Source: an uncultured Alphaproteobacteria bacterium
Lineage (GTDB): Bacteria; Pseudomonadota; Alphaproteobacteria; RF32; CAG-239
Assembly: GCA_944392295.1 (NCBI GenBank)
Contig: CALXWE010000003.1
Location: forward strand, 83,502 to 147,501
Direction: 5' to 3'
DNA: 64,000 bases
Positions 1 to 10,784 of this stretch are shown here, one piece after another (position 1 is the first letter of the stretch; each line of letters opens with the position of its first letter). The notes under the pieces were generated by a model that was given only the letters and a program-made list of their open reading frames with translations, was not told where the DNA came from and did no database searches. Both the position numbers and the translations under genes were made by a program.

Positions 1-1502
1 GACATAATCTTATATCCGGCATGCGGAAGATGTGCTACGTAAGCGGTAATTTCATTAACCATCATTACCCCAAACCCGACAATTTTAAGCGGAATTACAT
101 CTAAACCCAGCGGCATTAAGAATAGAGCCGCCAATACAAAGGGCATAATGATTAGACCGATAATCGGTCCGGCCAGCATATTGCCCAAAGTGGTATAGAT
201 TGCCACCTGATTAAAGTGATATATTGAAAACGGCAAAGTTGCCAAGCTTGCCACGAAATCGGAAATTAACAAACCACCCATATAGGCAATTACAATTTTA
301 ACAAACCCCGAGCCGGCAAAAAAGCGCTGTATGGGTTTAGCATATCTTTCATAAAAGGCAATCAAGACCACCACGGCGGCAAACGACATCTGAAAACTTG
401 CACTTACCAAAGCTTGAGGAGATATAGCTAAAACTATAAGTGCGGCAAAACTGACCATCCGCATGGAAATAGCCTGCCTTGCAAACAAAACACCTAAGAG
501 CACGACAAAGGTGCTGATAAAAGCCCTCTGCGCCGGAATTTCCGCGCCCGAAATCAACAAATAAACCAAACTCATAAAAATAGCAAATACGGCGGCAATC
601 TTTTTAGAATTATAACGCAAAGCCAAAGGCGGAATAAGAGCAATAAAAAGCCTTACAAAAAAGAAAGCCATCGCCGCAATCATACTCATGTGCAAGCCGG
701 ATATGGAAAGAAAGTGTGCCAACCCCGAATTACGATAATTATCGGTAATATTTGGCGATATACCGCCTCTTTCTCCGGCAACGATTGCCGCTACGATACC
801 TGCTTCATCGGGACTTAGTTCAGAATTAATACGTTCCACAATACGCGAGCGCATTTTATCAACCAAGTATGAAAAATTTTGGCTTAAAACGGGTTTAGTT
901 TCACAATCAATAACAAACACCGAACTGTTGGCATAACCGACCGCACTGATACCTTCAAAAAAGGCTTTACGGTCAAACTGGTAACCTCCCGGCAAAGCCG
1001 GAGCCGAAGGTTTCATTAAAGTTGCCACCATTTCCACACACTGCCCGGCTTTTAAGGTGCTTGATTTAGAAGATAAGGTAACTCTGAAAAGTCCTTTACG
1101 CGCATTTTCAAAATCAGCGGCATCGGTTAAAAGAAGACGTACTTTTCCTTTTGCATTTTTACCGACATTTACGATTCGCCCTTTTAGGTAGGTAACCTCG
1201 TTATCATTTTCCGGATATTGAATATACTTTTCCTGATAGAGTGTCTGTATTTGCACATCGCTAAAACCGGCGGCAATTATCAACAGAACGCTTAAGAACA
1301 ATATTTTTACCGTACTATGACGCCATATATAGCACAAAACCAACAGCAGTTCGACAAAAGCAACCGTCCACCATTTATTAGGCTCAAAGGAAAGTGAAAA
1401 ATAAAAACCGATGCCCATAGCAAAAAGCACGGCGACCCAAACCACCCAGCGCTCACGTTCGGCAAAAAAGTTTTCTTTAATATTTTCCCAAAATCTTTTC
1501 AT
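1..1502 (-). CDS. comEC: ComEC/Rec2-family DNA internalisation protein, N-terminal ~500 aa (3' part of the gene lies left of the window)
   Basis: Minus-strand frame is open from ATG (1502-1500) to the window edge, so it is absent from the ORF track. My translation starts MKRFWENIKENFFAERERW..., is multi-TM and contains ...NSGLAHFLSISGLHMSMIA..., typical of the ComEC competence domain. Confidence 0.75.
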   Translation of the reverse strand, partial: MKRFWENIKENFFAERERWVVWVAVLFAMGIGFYFSLSFEPNKWWTVAFVELLLVLCYIWRHSTVKILFLSVLLIIAAGFSDVQIQTLYQEKYIQYPENDNEVTYLKGRIVNVGKNAKGKVRLLLTDAADFENARKGLFRVTLSSKSSTLKAGQCVEMVATLMKPSAPALPGGYQFDRKAFFEGISAVGYANSSVFVIDCETKPVLSQNFSYLVDKMRSRIVERINSELSPDEAGIVAAIVAGERGGISPNITDNYRNSGLAHFLSISGLHMSMIAAMAFFFVRLFIALIPPLALRYNSKKIAAVFAIFMSLVYLLISGAEIPAQRAFISTFVVLLGVLFARQAISMRMVSFAALIVLAISPQALVSASFQMSFAAVVVLIAFYERYAKPIQRFFAGSGFVKIVIAYMGGLLISDFVASLATLPFSIYHFNQVAIYTTLGNMLAGPIIGLIIMPFVLAALFLMPLGLDVIPLKIVGFGVMMVNEITAYVAHLPHAGYKIM

Positions 1503-1551
1503 TTAAGCACAAACCGCATATCAGAAACGGGCCTTAAGCCCGTTTTCATCA

Positions 1552-2709
1552 TCATTTACTTTTTTTATTTTCAATATCTTGCCAGATGGCATCGCAAGCA
1601 TTATCACTCGGGGTTTGCTCACCGAGACCTAAGATTTCTTTAACTTTGGCAAAACCTTCTTGTTGACGTTCATACAAGGAGCCCTTTTTCAAGAACTCTT
1701 CCATATAGTATAAAATTTTCTCGGGGTTACAATCATCTTGCAGCAATTCCGGTACAATTTCTCTGCCGAGCAAAATATTGCTTAAATTTACAAACTGAAT
1801 ATGCAAAAAGTGCTTAGCCAAAAAGGCAGTTGCCGGCGCCACTTTATAGGCAATAACATGCGGCACGTCAACCATGGCCAATTCTAAAGCCACGGTTCCC
1901 GAAGCCGCCATTGCCAAATCGGAAGCCACAAATGCATCATGTCTATCCACTTCATTATTTACAACAATAATCGGTAGATTACTTTTTTCAACCATACCAC
2001 GCACCATATCTTCCACGGTATGAACGGTCGGAATTACAAACTTAAATTCGGGATGTTTTTGATGAAACATCTCGGCTGTTTGTAAAAATATCGGCAATAA
2101 ACGAGAGACTTCGGTTTTTCTTGAGCCGGGAAGCAATGCCATAATTTTTTCGTTTTCCTCAAGGTTATAGCGATTATAAAAATCCTCACGACTTCCCCAA
2201 ACTACCGGACTTTCAATAACCGGATGTCCCACAAATGTGGTTTTAAGTTTGTAAGGTGTAAAATATTTCGGTTCATAAGGAAACAGCGTAAGCAAATGAT
2301 CAATATACTTATACATAGTTTTAGCCCGTTTTTTCTTCCAAGCCCAAACCTGCGGAGCCACATAATGAATTTGCGGAATATGCAGATTTTTCTTACGAAG
2401 TGCCTTATGAACTCTGGCCGAAAAACTCCAACTATCGATGGTAATGACGGCATCAGGCTTAACTCGTTCAATATCTTCAACGGTTTGTTTAATTCTTTTT
2501 AGAATAAGCGGAATACTTGGAACTACCTCAGCCAAACCCATAACAGCCAAATCCGAAATATCAAACAACGAATTTAAGCCTTCTCTTTGCATACTTTCAC
2601 CGCCTATACCGAAAAACTCAACATCTGGGTGCTTGGCAACCATAGCCTTCATCAAACGAGAACCAAGTAAATCTCCGGAAGGTTCTCCGGCAATCAAATA
2701 TATTTTCAT
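1552..2709 (-). CDS. lpxB: Lipid-A-disaccharide synthase
   Basis: 385-aa ORF. The N-terminus MKIYLIAGEPSGDLLGSRLMKAM and the length are classic LpxB. It overlaps the upstream lpxI stop by 4 nt. Confidence 0.93.
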   Translation of the reverse strand: MKIYLIAGEPSGDLLGSRLMKAMVAKHPDVEFFGIGGESMQREGLNSLFDISDLAVMGLAEVVPSIPLILKRIKQTVEDIERVKPDAVITIDSWSFSARVHKALRKKNLHIPQIHYVAPQVWAWKKKRAKTMYKYIDHLLTLFPYEPKYFTPYKLKTTFVGHPVIESPVVWGSREDFYNRYNLEENEKIMALLPGSRKTEVSRLLPIFLQTAEMFHQKHPEFKFVIPTVHTVEDMVRGMVEKSNLPIIVVNNEVDRHDAFVASDLAMAASGTVALELAMVDVPHVIAYKVAPATAFLAKHFLHIQFVNLSNILLGREIVPELLQDDCNPEKILYYMEEFLKKGSLYERQQEGFAKVKEILGLGEQTPSDNACDAIWQDIENKKSK

Positions 2710-3548
2710 TTAACCAAATCTCCGGGGTTTATACCCACAATAAACATTTTATATTTATCGGCCAGTTTAATAACTGCCGATTCATCAACGATAAGAGCAT
2801 TTCCGGCATGAACGGCAATACCTCTAAGTCCGCTTTCATAAGCATTTTGAACGGTTTTAGTACCGATAGTCGGTAAATCAATCCGCATATCCTGGTTAGG
2901 CTTACGCAGTTTTACCAATACACCGCCCTCACCTTTACGCTTATACGAGCCGCAACGTTTAATCAGTTCATCGGTACCTTCAATACCTTCAACACCAAGC
3001 ACCAAACCTTGTTGCACAATAACCGACTGCCCAACGTCCAAAGAGCCTAAAGGGAGTCCTACTTCCACGCCTCGTAAAATATCTGCTTCTGCTCTTTTAT
3101 CGGGTTTGGTTTTAGTTAAAACTCCTTCTTTAACAAGCAATTCCGGCATAACTTCATGAATGCCGACAACCTTCATTTTTTCAGATTCTATTTCTTTTAC
3201 AAGAGCCCTTAAAATACCGTCATCACCAAGGGCCTTAAGACCGATTTTGGTAAAAAACGCAGTAGTTCTTAAATCGGGCATTAAATCGGCAAAACTCGGA
3301 CGATGGATAGTACCTATCATTACCACGTCTTGTACTTTTTCTTCACAAAAACGTTTAAAGCCGGTACCTGCTTGTCCGATTCTAATCCATTGATGGGGAA
3401 TTGTATCATTAAATATTGCCCTATCGGCATTTCCTTCAATAGCCAGCACAAAAAACGGGATTTGTTTTGCCTGACAATATTGTATTAAAAGCTGCGGAAT
3501 TGTGCCTCCGCCGGCGATAATACCTAATTTTCGTTGGCCGTCGCTCAT
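2706..3548 (-). CDS. lpxI: UDP-2,3-diacylglucosamine hydrolase LpxI (DUF1009)
   Basis: 280-aa ORF with KLGIIAGGGTIPQLL N-terminus and ...RIDLPTIG... motif, collinear with Caulobacter LpxI. It is translationally coupled to lpxB. Confidence 0.9.
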   Translation of the reverse strand: MSDGQRKLGIIAGGGTIPQLLIQYCQAKQIPFFVLAIEGNADRAIFNDTIPHQWIRIGQAGTGFKRFCEEKVQDVVMIGTIHRPSFADLMPDLRTTAFFTKIGLKALGDDGILRALVKEIESEKMKVVGIHEVMPELLVKEGVLTKTKPDKRAEADILRGVEVGLPLGSLDVGQSVIVQQGLVLGVEGIEGTDELIKRCGSYKRKGEGGVLVKLRKPNQDMRIDLPTIGTKTVQNAYESGLRGIAVHAGNALIVDESAVIKLADKYKMFIVGINPGDLVK

Positions 3549-3753
3549 AATCTTTCAAATCTCAAAGTTAATATAACTTTTGCAAGGTAGCACAAAAAAT
3601 ATTTTTTAGCAACAATCCTTATTAGACAAAACAAAACAACACGATTATTCAATACGCTAGCTAAAATTTTATCAAAATTTTCTAAATTACGGTTGACAAA
3701 CTTTTAAATTTCGGCTATTTTTATACCCAGAAACCAATTAAATATATATAGAT

Positions 3754-4110
3754 ATGAATAGATTTAGACCTGAAAACGGCGAAAAAGCCGTTGTGCTTGT
3801 AGAGTTCAAACCTTATTTTCTCGCCTACAAAGCTGATGAGACACGGTGGAATTACCCAATATCCAAAGTTATTCCAGCCTGGAAGACCAACGACGGAAGA
3901 TACATTTCTCCGTTGACCGGTGAAGAAGTAAGTGTAACAGAAAATTCGCAGGAGCGAGTTCTTCTTCGCGGTATGGAGTGTGTTTACCCGGAAGGTGATC
4001 ACATCATCCTCACCCGCAACAGCAAGGGAGAAACGTTCTTCATGAACGTGTTTGACGAAAACGGTGTCCGCCAAGCCAAAGGCATCGGCTGCATTACCGT
4101 CAAGCTCTAA
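3754..4110 (+). CDS. Hypothetical protein (118 aa)
   Basis: ORF preceded by TTGACA-type promoter-like sequence (~3693) and followed by a strong hairpin terminator. The antisense ORF 3721..4074 has no such signals. Confidence 0.5.
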   Translation: MNRFRPENGEKAVVLVEFKPYFLAYKADETRWNYPISKVIPAWKTNDGRYISPLTGEEVSVTENSQERVLLRGMECVYPEGDHIILTRNSKGETFFMNVFDENGVRQAKGIGCITVKL

Positions 4111-4116
4111 AAATTA

Positions 4117-4165
4117 CCCCGATAACAACCGCTTTATTAAGCTTGTTATCGGGGTTTTACTTTTT
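4117..4165. terminator. Bidirectional intrinsic terminator between convergent genes
   Basis: ccccgataacaa (4117-4128) pairs with ttgttatcgggg (4143-4154), followed by T-runs. Confidence 0.7.
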
Positions 4166-4174
4166 AAACCAATA

Positions 4175-5419
4175 TTAAGACCTTGTTCTAAAAAGTTTTT
4201 CTCTGATAATGCTTATTTTATACTCTCGCAGTAATTCCTTAAATTTATCGTCTTTAGGAAGTTCATCAAACTTTGGCATATCCTGTGCCTTAATTTGATT
4301 TATAATGGAACAAGCTTGCCTTAATTTTTGGGAAGACTGTTCAAAAATCTGTTGAGCTTTGAGCTCTTGAGCCTCAGGTGTAGTTAAAAAATCGGCCCGA
4401 CAAACTTCAATATATTCATCAACATAGCAATTATGCCCCAAAATCATTGCTGCTGCTAAATTATACAAACTTTTGGGCTTCATTTCGGGTATTGAATGAA
4501 ATTTCATATGTTGTTTGCAAGCCATACCGGCAAACTCACGATACCGATTCGGGGTTTTTAAGCGATGACAAACCTGATAAACTAACTCTTGCCCTCTTAC
4601 CTCATGCATTTTGTGAGAAGGAAGCTCTTCTTTCGGGGTCAAAGCCTTACCGACATCATGCAACAAAATACCAAACTTTACCATTGCCGAGGCATTTGGC
4701 GCGGCCTTTAAGGCATTTAGGGTATGTTCGCCAGAATTACCTTCAGGATGGAATTGTATTTTTTCCGGCACCTGCCATAACACATCAACTTCGGGCATAA
4801 TTACCTTTAAAGCCCCTATTTCGTGAGCCAGTTCTACAAATCGGCAAAAAGCCTTAGATTTCATAGCTTTTAAGACCTCTGCCCACACCCGTTCATAGGT
4901 CAAATATTCAAGCATTCCCGAAGCCACCATATATTTGCAAAGTTCTAAGGTTTTGCTATCCGGCGTAAAATCAAGTTGTGCGGCAAAGCGGCATAATCTT
5001 AAAACTCTTAGCGGGTCTTCCACAAAATGCTCGGCATTTATGTGGCGCAATATTTTATTTTCAATATCTTTTTTGCCGCCGAAATAATCGATATATTCTC
5101 CGCTTAACTCATCATAAGCAATGGCGTTACACGTAAAATCGCGCCTTTCCAAATCTTCTTTTAAGGTTATCTCAGGAGTAAAAGCAAACTCAAAATCGGT
5201 ATGCTTGTTACCTATTTTAATTTCTTTTCGAGCCAGAGCGTACTCTTCTTTGGTTGCCGGATGCAAAAATACCGGAAACCCTTTACCTACCTCAATAAAG
5301 CCGTTGTGTTTCATCTCATCTACGGTTGACCCGACAACAACATAGTCAACATCATTGGGCTCAACACCCAATATTTTATCTCTGACAGCTCCGCCGACCT
5401 GATATATTTTCACGCTCAT
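4175..5419 (-). CDS. cca: CCA-adding tRNA nucleotidyltransferase with HD domain
   Basis: 414 aa. N-terminus IYQVGGAVRDKILGVEPNDVDYVVVG (polymerase beta-like nucleotidyltransferase head) and ...LLHDVGK... HD motif. Confidence 0.9.
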   Translation of the reverse strand: MSVKIYQVGGAVRDKILGVEPNDVDYVVVGSTVDEMKHNGFIEVGKGFPVFLHPATKEEYALARKEIKIGNKHTDFEFAFTPEITLKEDLERRDFTCNAIAYDELSGEYIDYFGGKKDIENKILRHINAEHFVEDPLRVLRLCRFAAQLDFTPDSKTLELCKYMVASGMLEYLTYERVWAEVLKAMKSKAFCRFVELAHEIGALKVIMPEVDVLWQVPEKIQFHPEGNSGEHTLNALKAAPNASAMVKFGILLHDVGKALTPKEELPSHKMHEVRGQELVYQVCHRLKTPNRYREFAGMACKQHMKFHSIPEMKPKSLYNLAAAMILGHNCYVDEYIEVCRADFLTTPEAQELKAQQIFEQSSQKLRQACSIINQIKAQDMPKFDELPKDDKFKELLREYKISIIREKLFRTRS

Positions 5420-5550
5420 CTCCTCTTAATTTTAGCCTTTAAGAGCTTAACTTGTAAAATAAAAAAAATCAACTTTTAACTAAGCTCTTGCATTTTATTT
5501 CAAAAACGAGTAATCTTTAGACAAAATGAAATTATGATGTAAATACTATA

Positions 5551-6084
5551 GTGATGAAAAGAATTATGATGATTAGTGTACTTATCACAGTGATGAGTAC
5601 ATCTGCATTTGCCCAGCGCTGGGTAAATTTTAACGCCGGAGCCTATGCCGGACTAAATTGTGCCGAAAGCTCTCCGATTGCCGGAGCTCTTGTAAGCATG
5701 GATGTAGCATGGTTCAGAGTAGAACTCGATGCCGGGTGGACATACTTTTGGATAAATCCGCCGTCTGCCGAGGAAGAACCTAATGCTAATACGCCTTATA
5801 CCAAAAATCTGGTATTTATTAACCCATCAATCGGAGCCGTTATCGGGTACGATTTTAAGGTGTTCTGTTTGGTGGGAATAACCAATTGGTTTGGTATTGA
5901 CAAGAGGTTGGAAACGTATAGGACCAACATTTTATGCCCAAAGATAAAACTCGGAGGAGAAATCCCAGTACTTCCGTTTCTGAGTATTAATCTGGCATGG
6001 AATTGTGTTCTCAACCCCAGCCGCGACCACTTTGAGGTAAACGATGCCAACATTGTTGCTGCCGCCGTAATGTTTAATTTTTAG
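5551..6084 (+). CDS. Putative outer-membrane beta-barrel protein (signal peptide)
   Basis: 177 aa. Signal peptide ...STSAFAQ, alternating aromatic/hydrophobic pattern, C-terminal ...VMFNF. Terminator hairpin at ~6104-6135. Confidence 0.5.
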   Translation: MMKRIMMISVLITVMSTSAFAQRWVNFNAGAYAGLNCAESSPIAGALVSMDVAWFRVELDAGWTYFWINPPSAEEEPNANTPYTKNLVFINPSIGAVIGYDFKVFCLVGITNWFGIDKRLETYRTNILCPKIKLGGEIPVLPFLSINLAWNCVLNPSRDHFEVNDANIVAAAVMFNF

Positions 6085-6147
6085 GTGATGGTATCTTAGC
6101 AAAAAGGAGGATTAAAAACCCTCCTTTTTGTTTTATGTTAAATAGAT

Positions 6148-6840
6148 TTATCGGCATAAAAAATCTGCCAAACAGTCAAGTTCTTCATTACTTACAATAT
6201 GCCCCATATTTTCAAAAGCCTTAATTTGTACCGGCACATTATTGTTTATAAGCCAATTTTTGGTAAAATCCATACATTTAAACAAAACCTGAGTATCTGC
6301 AGTACCGTGCATTAAATAAACATTAGGATGCGATACAATACTTTTCTGCAGTTCATCAATACCGGAAATAAGCCCGGATAAAGCACAGCATCCGGCAAGT
6401 TTATGCTTTCTGGTTAAAGCCGTCCAAATAGAGAGCATTGCTCCTTGAGAAAAACCGGCAATAAAAGTATTATCATTTTTAAAACCATACTGTTGTTGCA
6501 CATCATCAATAAAATGATTCATATGGGTAGCAATATCATGTAAAAACGCACCGGTAACGTTATATATTTTCATAATTTCTTCAACCGAAGTTGAATTTTT
6601 TTGCCTTTTACCGTCAACATCGAAACCCGAAACTTTATACCAACGTTTACGCCCTTTATACTCTTGCGATTCGCTGTTACCTTCCGGTGCCACAATGGTT
6701 AAATTAGGCGCTATCTTCTGCAAATAGTTATAAATCGGCAGCATTTCATCATAAGTATTATTATAACCATGCAAAAACACCAACAGCTTGGCATTATCCG
6801 TAATTTTTGCCGGTAAATAATGACTTTTGAACTCAGACAC
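6148..6840 (-). CDS. Phospholipase/carboxylesterase-family alpha/beta hydrolase
   Basis: 230 aa. Nucleophile elbow GFSQGAM, LVFLHGYN oxyanion region, C-terminal ...GHIVS acid/His region. Confidence 0.8.
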   Translation of the reverse strand: MSEFKSHYLPAKITDNAKLLVFLHGYNNTYDEMLPIYNYLQKIAPNLTIVAPEGNSESQEYKGRKRWYKVSGFDVDGKRQKNSTSVEEIMKIYNVTGAFLHDIATHMNHFIDDVQQQYGFKNDNTFIAGFSQGAMLSIWTALTRKHKLAGCCALSGLISGIDELQKSIVSHPNVYLMHGTADTQVLFKCMDFTKNWLINNNVPVQIKAFENMGHIVSNEELDCLADFLCR

Positions 6841-6950
6841 GTATTTTCTCCCTCAAGTGATTTACGTTTTTTATAAGAATATTATTTAAATTTATTTAAC
6901 AAAAAAAGAGGGGCATTTTTCAATGCCCCTCTTCTTTAACAAAAAAAATA

Positions 6951-7460
6951 TTACCCCCTGAGTAACAATAGGGTCATAAAGTCATCAACGGTACCAAGCT
7001 GCTGCAGAACAAACAAATCTGCAGCAACAGCCGCCAAGTCGTCAAATCCGTAGAACTTGTTTTTACGCATCAAGTTATTAACCAACCTCAATTTTTGAGG
7101 GATATGGGTTAATTTGTACCACCACGGCATAGACTTAAACCGATAATTATCGGCCAGAGCATTCTGATAAGCCTGAAAATCACGCAAGAAGCGATGATAG
7201 GCTCCAATCTCGTGCTTTTGCAGACGAGCGTAAATACGTTGGCGAATTGCCTGCGCATATCTTCTGGCATCCGGACCATGATAATCCAAATCGCAAGGGA
7301 TATCCCCCAAAGGATGAGGAGTAATCACAAATCTGGAAAGTCCGTCAGAACATCCGTTAATTTCCATATTCAGCCAAGCGGCAAACACTCGCGGCCAACA
7401 ACGACCGTTATCATTGAGCAGGCTTATAAACATACCCAGCTCTCGTAATTCATATCCCAT
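6951..7460 (-). CDS. Hypothetical protein (169 aa), distant paralog of the adjacent gene
   Basis: Long ORF with clean codon usage. Shares spaced residues with 7478..7984 (F..W early, Y.N.L mid, RF...W...QK, GT..DF near the C-terminus). Confidence 0.55.
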   Translation of the reverse strand: MGYELRELGMFISLLNDNGRCWPRVFAAWLNMEINGCSDGLSRFVITPHPLGDIPCDLDYHGPDARRYAQAIRQRIYARLQKHEIGAYHRFLRDFQAYQNALADNYRFKSMPWWYKLTHIPQKLRLVNNLMRKNKFYGFDDLAAVAADLFVLQQLGTVDDFMTLLLLRG

Positions 7461-7477
7461 AAGCGTATAAATTTAAG

Positions 7478-7984
7478 TTAAAAAATCATTTTCACGGCCT
7501 GCTGAAAATCAGCCATTGTTCCACCCTTTTGCAAGTAAGAACTCCGAGCAATTTGCATAACATCCACAAATGACAGTTTGCGATTTTCAAGCATTTTCTG
7601 CCATTTTATTTGCAAAAGCAGAAACCACTTTCTAAAAACAAACCTTTTACAAAGTAAGCAATCTTGCTCACTCTGACAAAGATTATTATACGTGTTAAAA
7701 ACTCCGTCAAACCATTGTTTAGTTTCGTGATGATACGGTTCATTAATGGTTTCGTAAAGCATCTGATTATAATCTTGGCGAGCAAGCGTTTCCGTTTGTT
7801 GCCACTCAAGATCAGCAAATCCATAATGATTTTGCACTACATCACACCTACGGTTATTCAGATAAAACCCATATGCAACAGTTTTAAACCATTGAGTAAA
7901 ACTTTTTAGCATATGTCTTTTATCGGCAATGTTAATTATACGAGCAAACTCCTTGAGTTCGCTTACATGAAATATTTTTTCCAT
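7478..7984 (-). CDS. Hypothetical protein (168 aa), distant paralog of the adjacent gene
   Basis: Same size and conserved residue spacing as 6951..7460. The two are in tandem, 17 nt apart. Confidence 0.55.
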   Translation of the reverse strand: MEKIFHVSELKEFARIINIADKRHMLKSFTQWFKTVAYGFYLNNRRCDVVQNHYGFADLEWQQTETLARQDYNQMLYETINEPYHHETKQWFDGVFNTYNNLCQSEQDCLLCKRFVFRKWFLLLQIKWQKMLENRKLSFVDVMQIARSSYLQKGGTMADFQQAVKMIF

Positions 7985-8174
7985 ATCTATAAAAAATTAA
8001 TAATCATACTTGGCTTTAGGGTACACTTTGGTATTTTTTTTGTCAATCATATTTTATACGTTTTATTTATTACACAAATTGCAGACTATTACGGCCGATT
8101 TTTTTAATGCCTGCTCTAAAAGTTACGATGAAGCTACCACTGTTATGCAACTGTATTTTGTATTTAGCCTTTAG

Positions 8175-8645
8175 CTATTTATACTTTTTGGCTTTTAAGA
8201 TAACCCCGTTTTCAACGCCGATAATTTTAACTTTATCGCCTTTTTTCAAATTATCTTCGGTTTCAACCAGCCAAAAAGTATCACCGACTTTGGCTTTGGA
8301 GCGCCCATCGACTACATCTTCGGTTAAGTTATAAACTTTACCCACATAAGAGCCGGCAATATCGTTTAAGTTTTTATACTTTTCCGGCACTTGGCTCTTT
8401 TTAATAACTTTGCCGTACACATACCAACCAATGGCGGCAAATACCGCAGAGATTACGGCAAAGAGTACGCAGAGTTCCATACCTGATAATGTAGCAAACG
8501 GTACAACACAGCCCACAACAAAGGCTGATAAACCAAACCATAGCAAATAAGTTCCGGGAACCAGCATTTCCAGTAAGATTAAAGCCAAACCAATGGTAAA
8601 CCAGCCTAAATATCCCAGTTGCTCAACAAACTCCAAAAATTCCAT
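8175..8645 (-). CDS. NfeD-family membrane protein
   Basis: 156 aa. N-terminal TM helices plus a C-terminal OB-like soluble domain (...GDTFWLVETEDNLKKGDKVKIIGVENGVILKAK). Lies directly downstream of an SPFH gene, the classic pairing. Confidence 0.85.
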   Translation of the reverse strand: MEFLEFVEQLGYLGWFTIGLALILLEMLVPGTYLLWFGLSAFVVGCVVPFATLSGMELCVLFAVISAVFAAIGWYVYGKVIKKSQVPEKYKNLNDIAGSYVGKVYNLTEDVVDGRSKAKVGDTFWLVETEDNLKKGDKVKIIGVENGVILKAKKYK

Positions 8646-8707
8646 TTTTTTATCCCTTTATAAACTTTAAGCACGACCGCAGTATACGGTCGTGCTACAC
8701 AGTGATA

Positions 8708-9619
8708 TTATTTCTTTTTATCTTGCAAAACCTCTTTGGCAATCTCGGCAATACCTGCCAAAGAACCGGCAACATTGGTAACATCGGTCGGCAGCATTAA
8801 AAGCTTTTGATTAGGCGAAGTTATAATACCTTGCAAAGCTTCAATATATTTTTGACCCAAAAAGTAATTTAAAGCTTGCGGGTTGCCGCTTTTAATGGCA
8901 TTCGAGACCATTTCGGTAGCATTAGCTTCAGCCTGTGCTAAACGTTCTCTGGCTTCAGCCTCACGGAAAGCTGCCTCTTTTTGGGCTTCGGCGGCTAAAA
9001 TCACGGCTTGTTTTTCACCTTCGGCTTTCAAAATTTCTGATTGCCTGATACCTTCAGCCTCCAAAATACTGGCACGTTTATCACGCTCGGCTTTCATTTG
9101 TCTTGCCATAGAATCAATTAAATCGGCAGGAGGAGTAATATCTTTAATTTCGACACGAGTTACTTTAACACCCCACGGAACGGTTGCTTCATCAACCACC
9201 GATAACAACTGATGATTTATGGTATCGCGCTGAGATAACAACTCATCCATTTCCATACTACCCATAACCGTACGAATATTGGTCATAATTAAATTTAGTA
9301 TGGCTGCATCCAAATTTCTTACCTGATAAGCGGCATTAACGGCATTTTGAATTTGAAAGAATAAAACTCCGTCAACCCTTACCATAGCGTTATCTTTGGT
9401 AATAACATCTTGAGAAGGAACATCTAAAACCTGTTCCATACGATTAACTTTAGCTCCGATTCTTTCAACAATCGGTATCATTAAATGGATACCCGGCTCC
9501 ATGGTGCGGGTAAAACGACCAAAACTTTCAACTGTATATTCATATCCCTGGCGTACAATGACAACAGACGATATTAATACCAGTAAAACAACCACTATCA
9601 GAGCAATAGCAAATTCCAT
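8708..9619 (-). CDS. SPFH/band-7 (stomatin/QmcA-like) protein
   Basis: 303 aa. N-terminal TM helix, SPFH core (...[15 protein letters not shown]..., ...VEIKDITPP...), Ala/Glu-rich coiled-coil tail. Confidence 0.9.
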   Translation of the reverse strand: MEFAIALIVVVLLVLISSVVIVRQGYEYTVESFGRFTRTMEPGIHLMIPIVERIGAKVNRMEQVLDVPSQDVITKDNAMVRVDGVLFFQIQNAVNAAYQVRNLDAAILNLIMTNIRTVMGSMEMDELLSQRDTINHQLLSVVDEATVPWGVKVTRVEIKDITPPADLIDSMARQMKAERDKRASILEAEGIRQSEILKAEGEKQAVILAAEAQKEAAFREAEARERLAQAEANATEMVSNAIKSGNPQALNYFLGQKYIEALQGIITSPNQKLLMLPTDVTNVAGSLAGIAEIAKEVLQDKKK

Positions 9620-9715
9620 AATAAAATCTCCTTATCCATAATATTAAAATCAGATAAGGAGATTTTGACAGTTTATAAAAAATATGCAAGCCTTAAAAGC
9701 TTTTTTCACAGTGTA

Positions 9716-10651
9716 TTAAATCTTTTTAGCCTCATTAAAAGCCTCTTTCATAATTTCGGCACTCTTTTTAAGCTGTTGTTGTTCTTCTGCATTAAGCTCC
9801 GGCACAACTGCGCGAGAAGCACCGTTTCTGCCTACAATTACCGGCAAAGACAAGCATACGTCTTTTACGCCCAAAACATCTTCATGCACGGTTGAAACGG
9901 TAAGTTCCTTGCGCTCATTTTTAATAATAGCTTCGCAAATTCTGATAAGAGAACTGGCAATGCCGTAGTATGTAGCTTTTTTACCGCGATAGATCTTAAA
10001 TCCGGCATCAATAACATCCGCGGCCATTTGTTTTTTTAATTCAGCAGTTAAGGGCTTATTCATCTTAGCTGCATAATTATCAACATTCAAACCACCGATA
10101 TAGGCATTGGAAAAAGAAACCAAAGAAGAGGCTCCGTGTTCTCCCATAACATAAGCGTGTACAGACTGCGGAGACACCTCAAAATATTGTCCGAGTAAGG
10201 TACGGAAGCGAGCAGTATCTAAAACCGTACCCGAGCCGATAACCTTTGAAGGAGAAAAGCCTGATATATCAACCACCACTTTGGTAATTACATCAACAGG
10301 GTTGGTAGCAATTAAAATAATGGAGTTCGGAGCATTTTTAGCAATTTCGGGCACAATTTGGTGCATAATTTTGGTATTGCTTTCCAACAAGACCAAACGA
10401 CTATCAGTTAACGCCTTTTGACAATCGACGGTAATAATAACGATATCGGCATTATTTAAGTCAGCATAAGAACCGAACTTAATATCACATTCCGAATTTA
10501 AGGCCGCGGCATGCAAAATATCCAAGGCTTCGGCTTCAGCCTTAACTTCATTAATATCCACCAGAACAATCTCCTGAGCTAAGCCTTTAACAACCAAGGT
10601 ATAAGCGGTTGTACTTCCGACAAAACCTGCGCCGATAATCCCTACTTTCAT
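9716..10651 (-). CDS. ldh: L-lactate dehydrogenase (LDH/MDH superfamily)
   Basis: Start re-set to MKVGIIGAGFVGSTTAY (ATG 10651-10649) with AAGGAG 7-8 nt upstream. Rossmann GxGxxG, ...ATNPVD..., ...GEHG.... The 78-codon upstream extension in the track is implausible. Confidence 0.88.
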   Translation of the reverse strand: MKVGIIGAGFVGSTTAYTLVVKGLAQEIVLVDINEVKAEAEALDILHAAALNSECDIKFGSYADLNNADIVIITVDCQKALTDSRLVLLESNTKIMHQIVPEIAKNAPNSIILIATNPVDVITKVVVDISGFSPSKVIGSGTVLDTARFRTLLGQYFEVSPQSVHAYVMGEHGASSLVSFSNAYIGGLNVDNYAAKMNKPLTAELKKQMAADVIDAGFKIYRGKKATYYGIASSLIRICEAIIKNERKELTVSTVHEDVLGVKDVCLSLPVIVGRNGASRAVVPELNAEEQQQLKKSAEIMKEAFNEAKKI

Positions 10652-10784
10652 ATTAAATCTCCTTAAAAAACAATCTGAGAGATTGTGTAGCGCCAAAAAG
10701 CTTTTTTTGCAAATAACATTAGGTATCCGATTATTACAAAAAATCCCTACCGTCTTCATGACGGGAGGGATTTTTGTTAAGAAA

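Noticed and set aside
2202-2713. Small ORFs on both strands inside lpxB, and similar nested ORFs inside most long genes in the track
   Set aside because: They are fully nested in, or antisense to, confidently identified genes and lack start signals.
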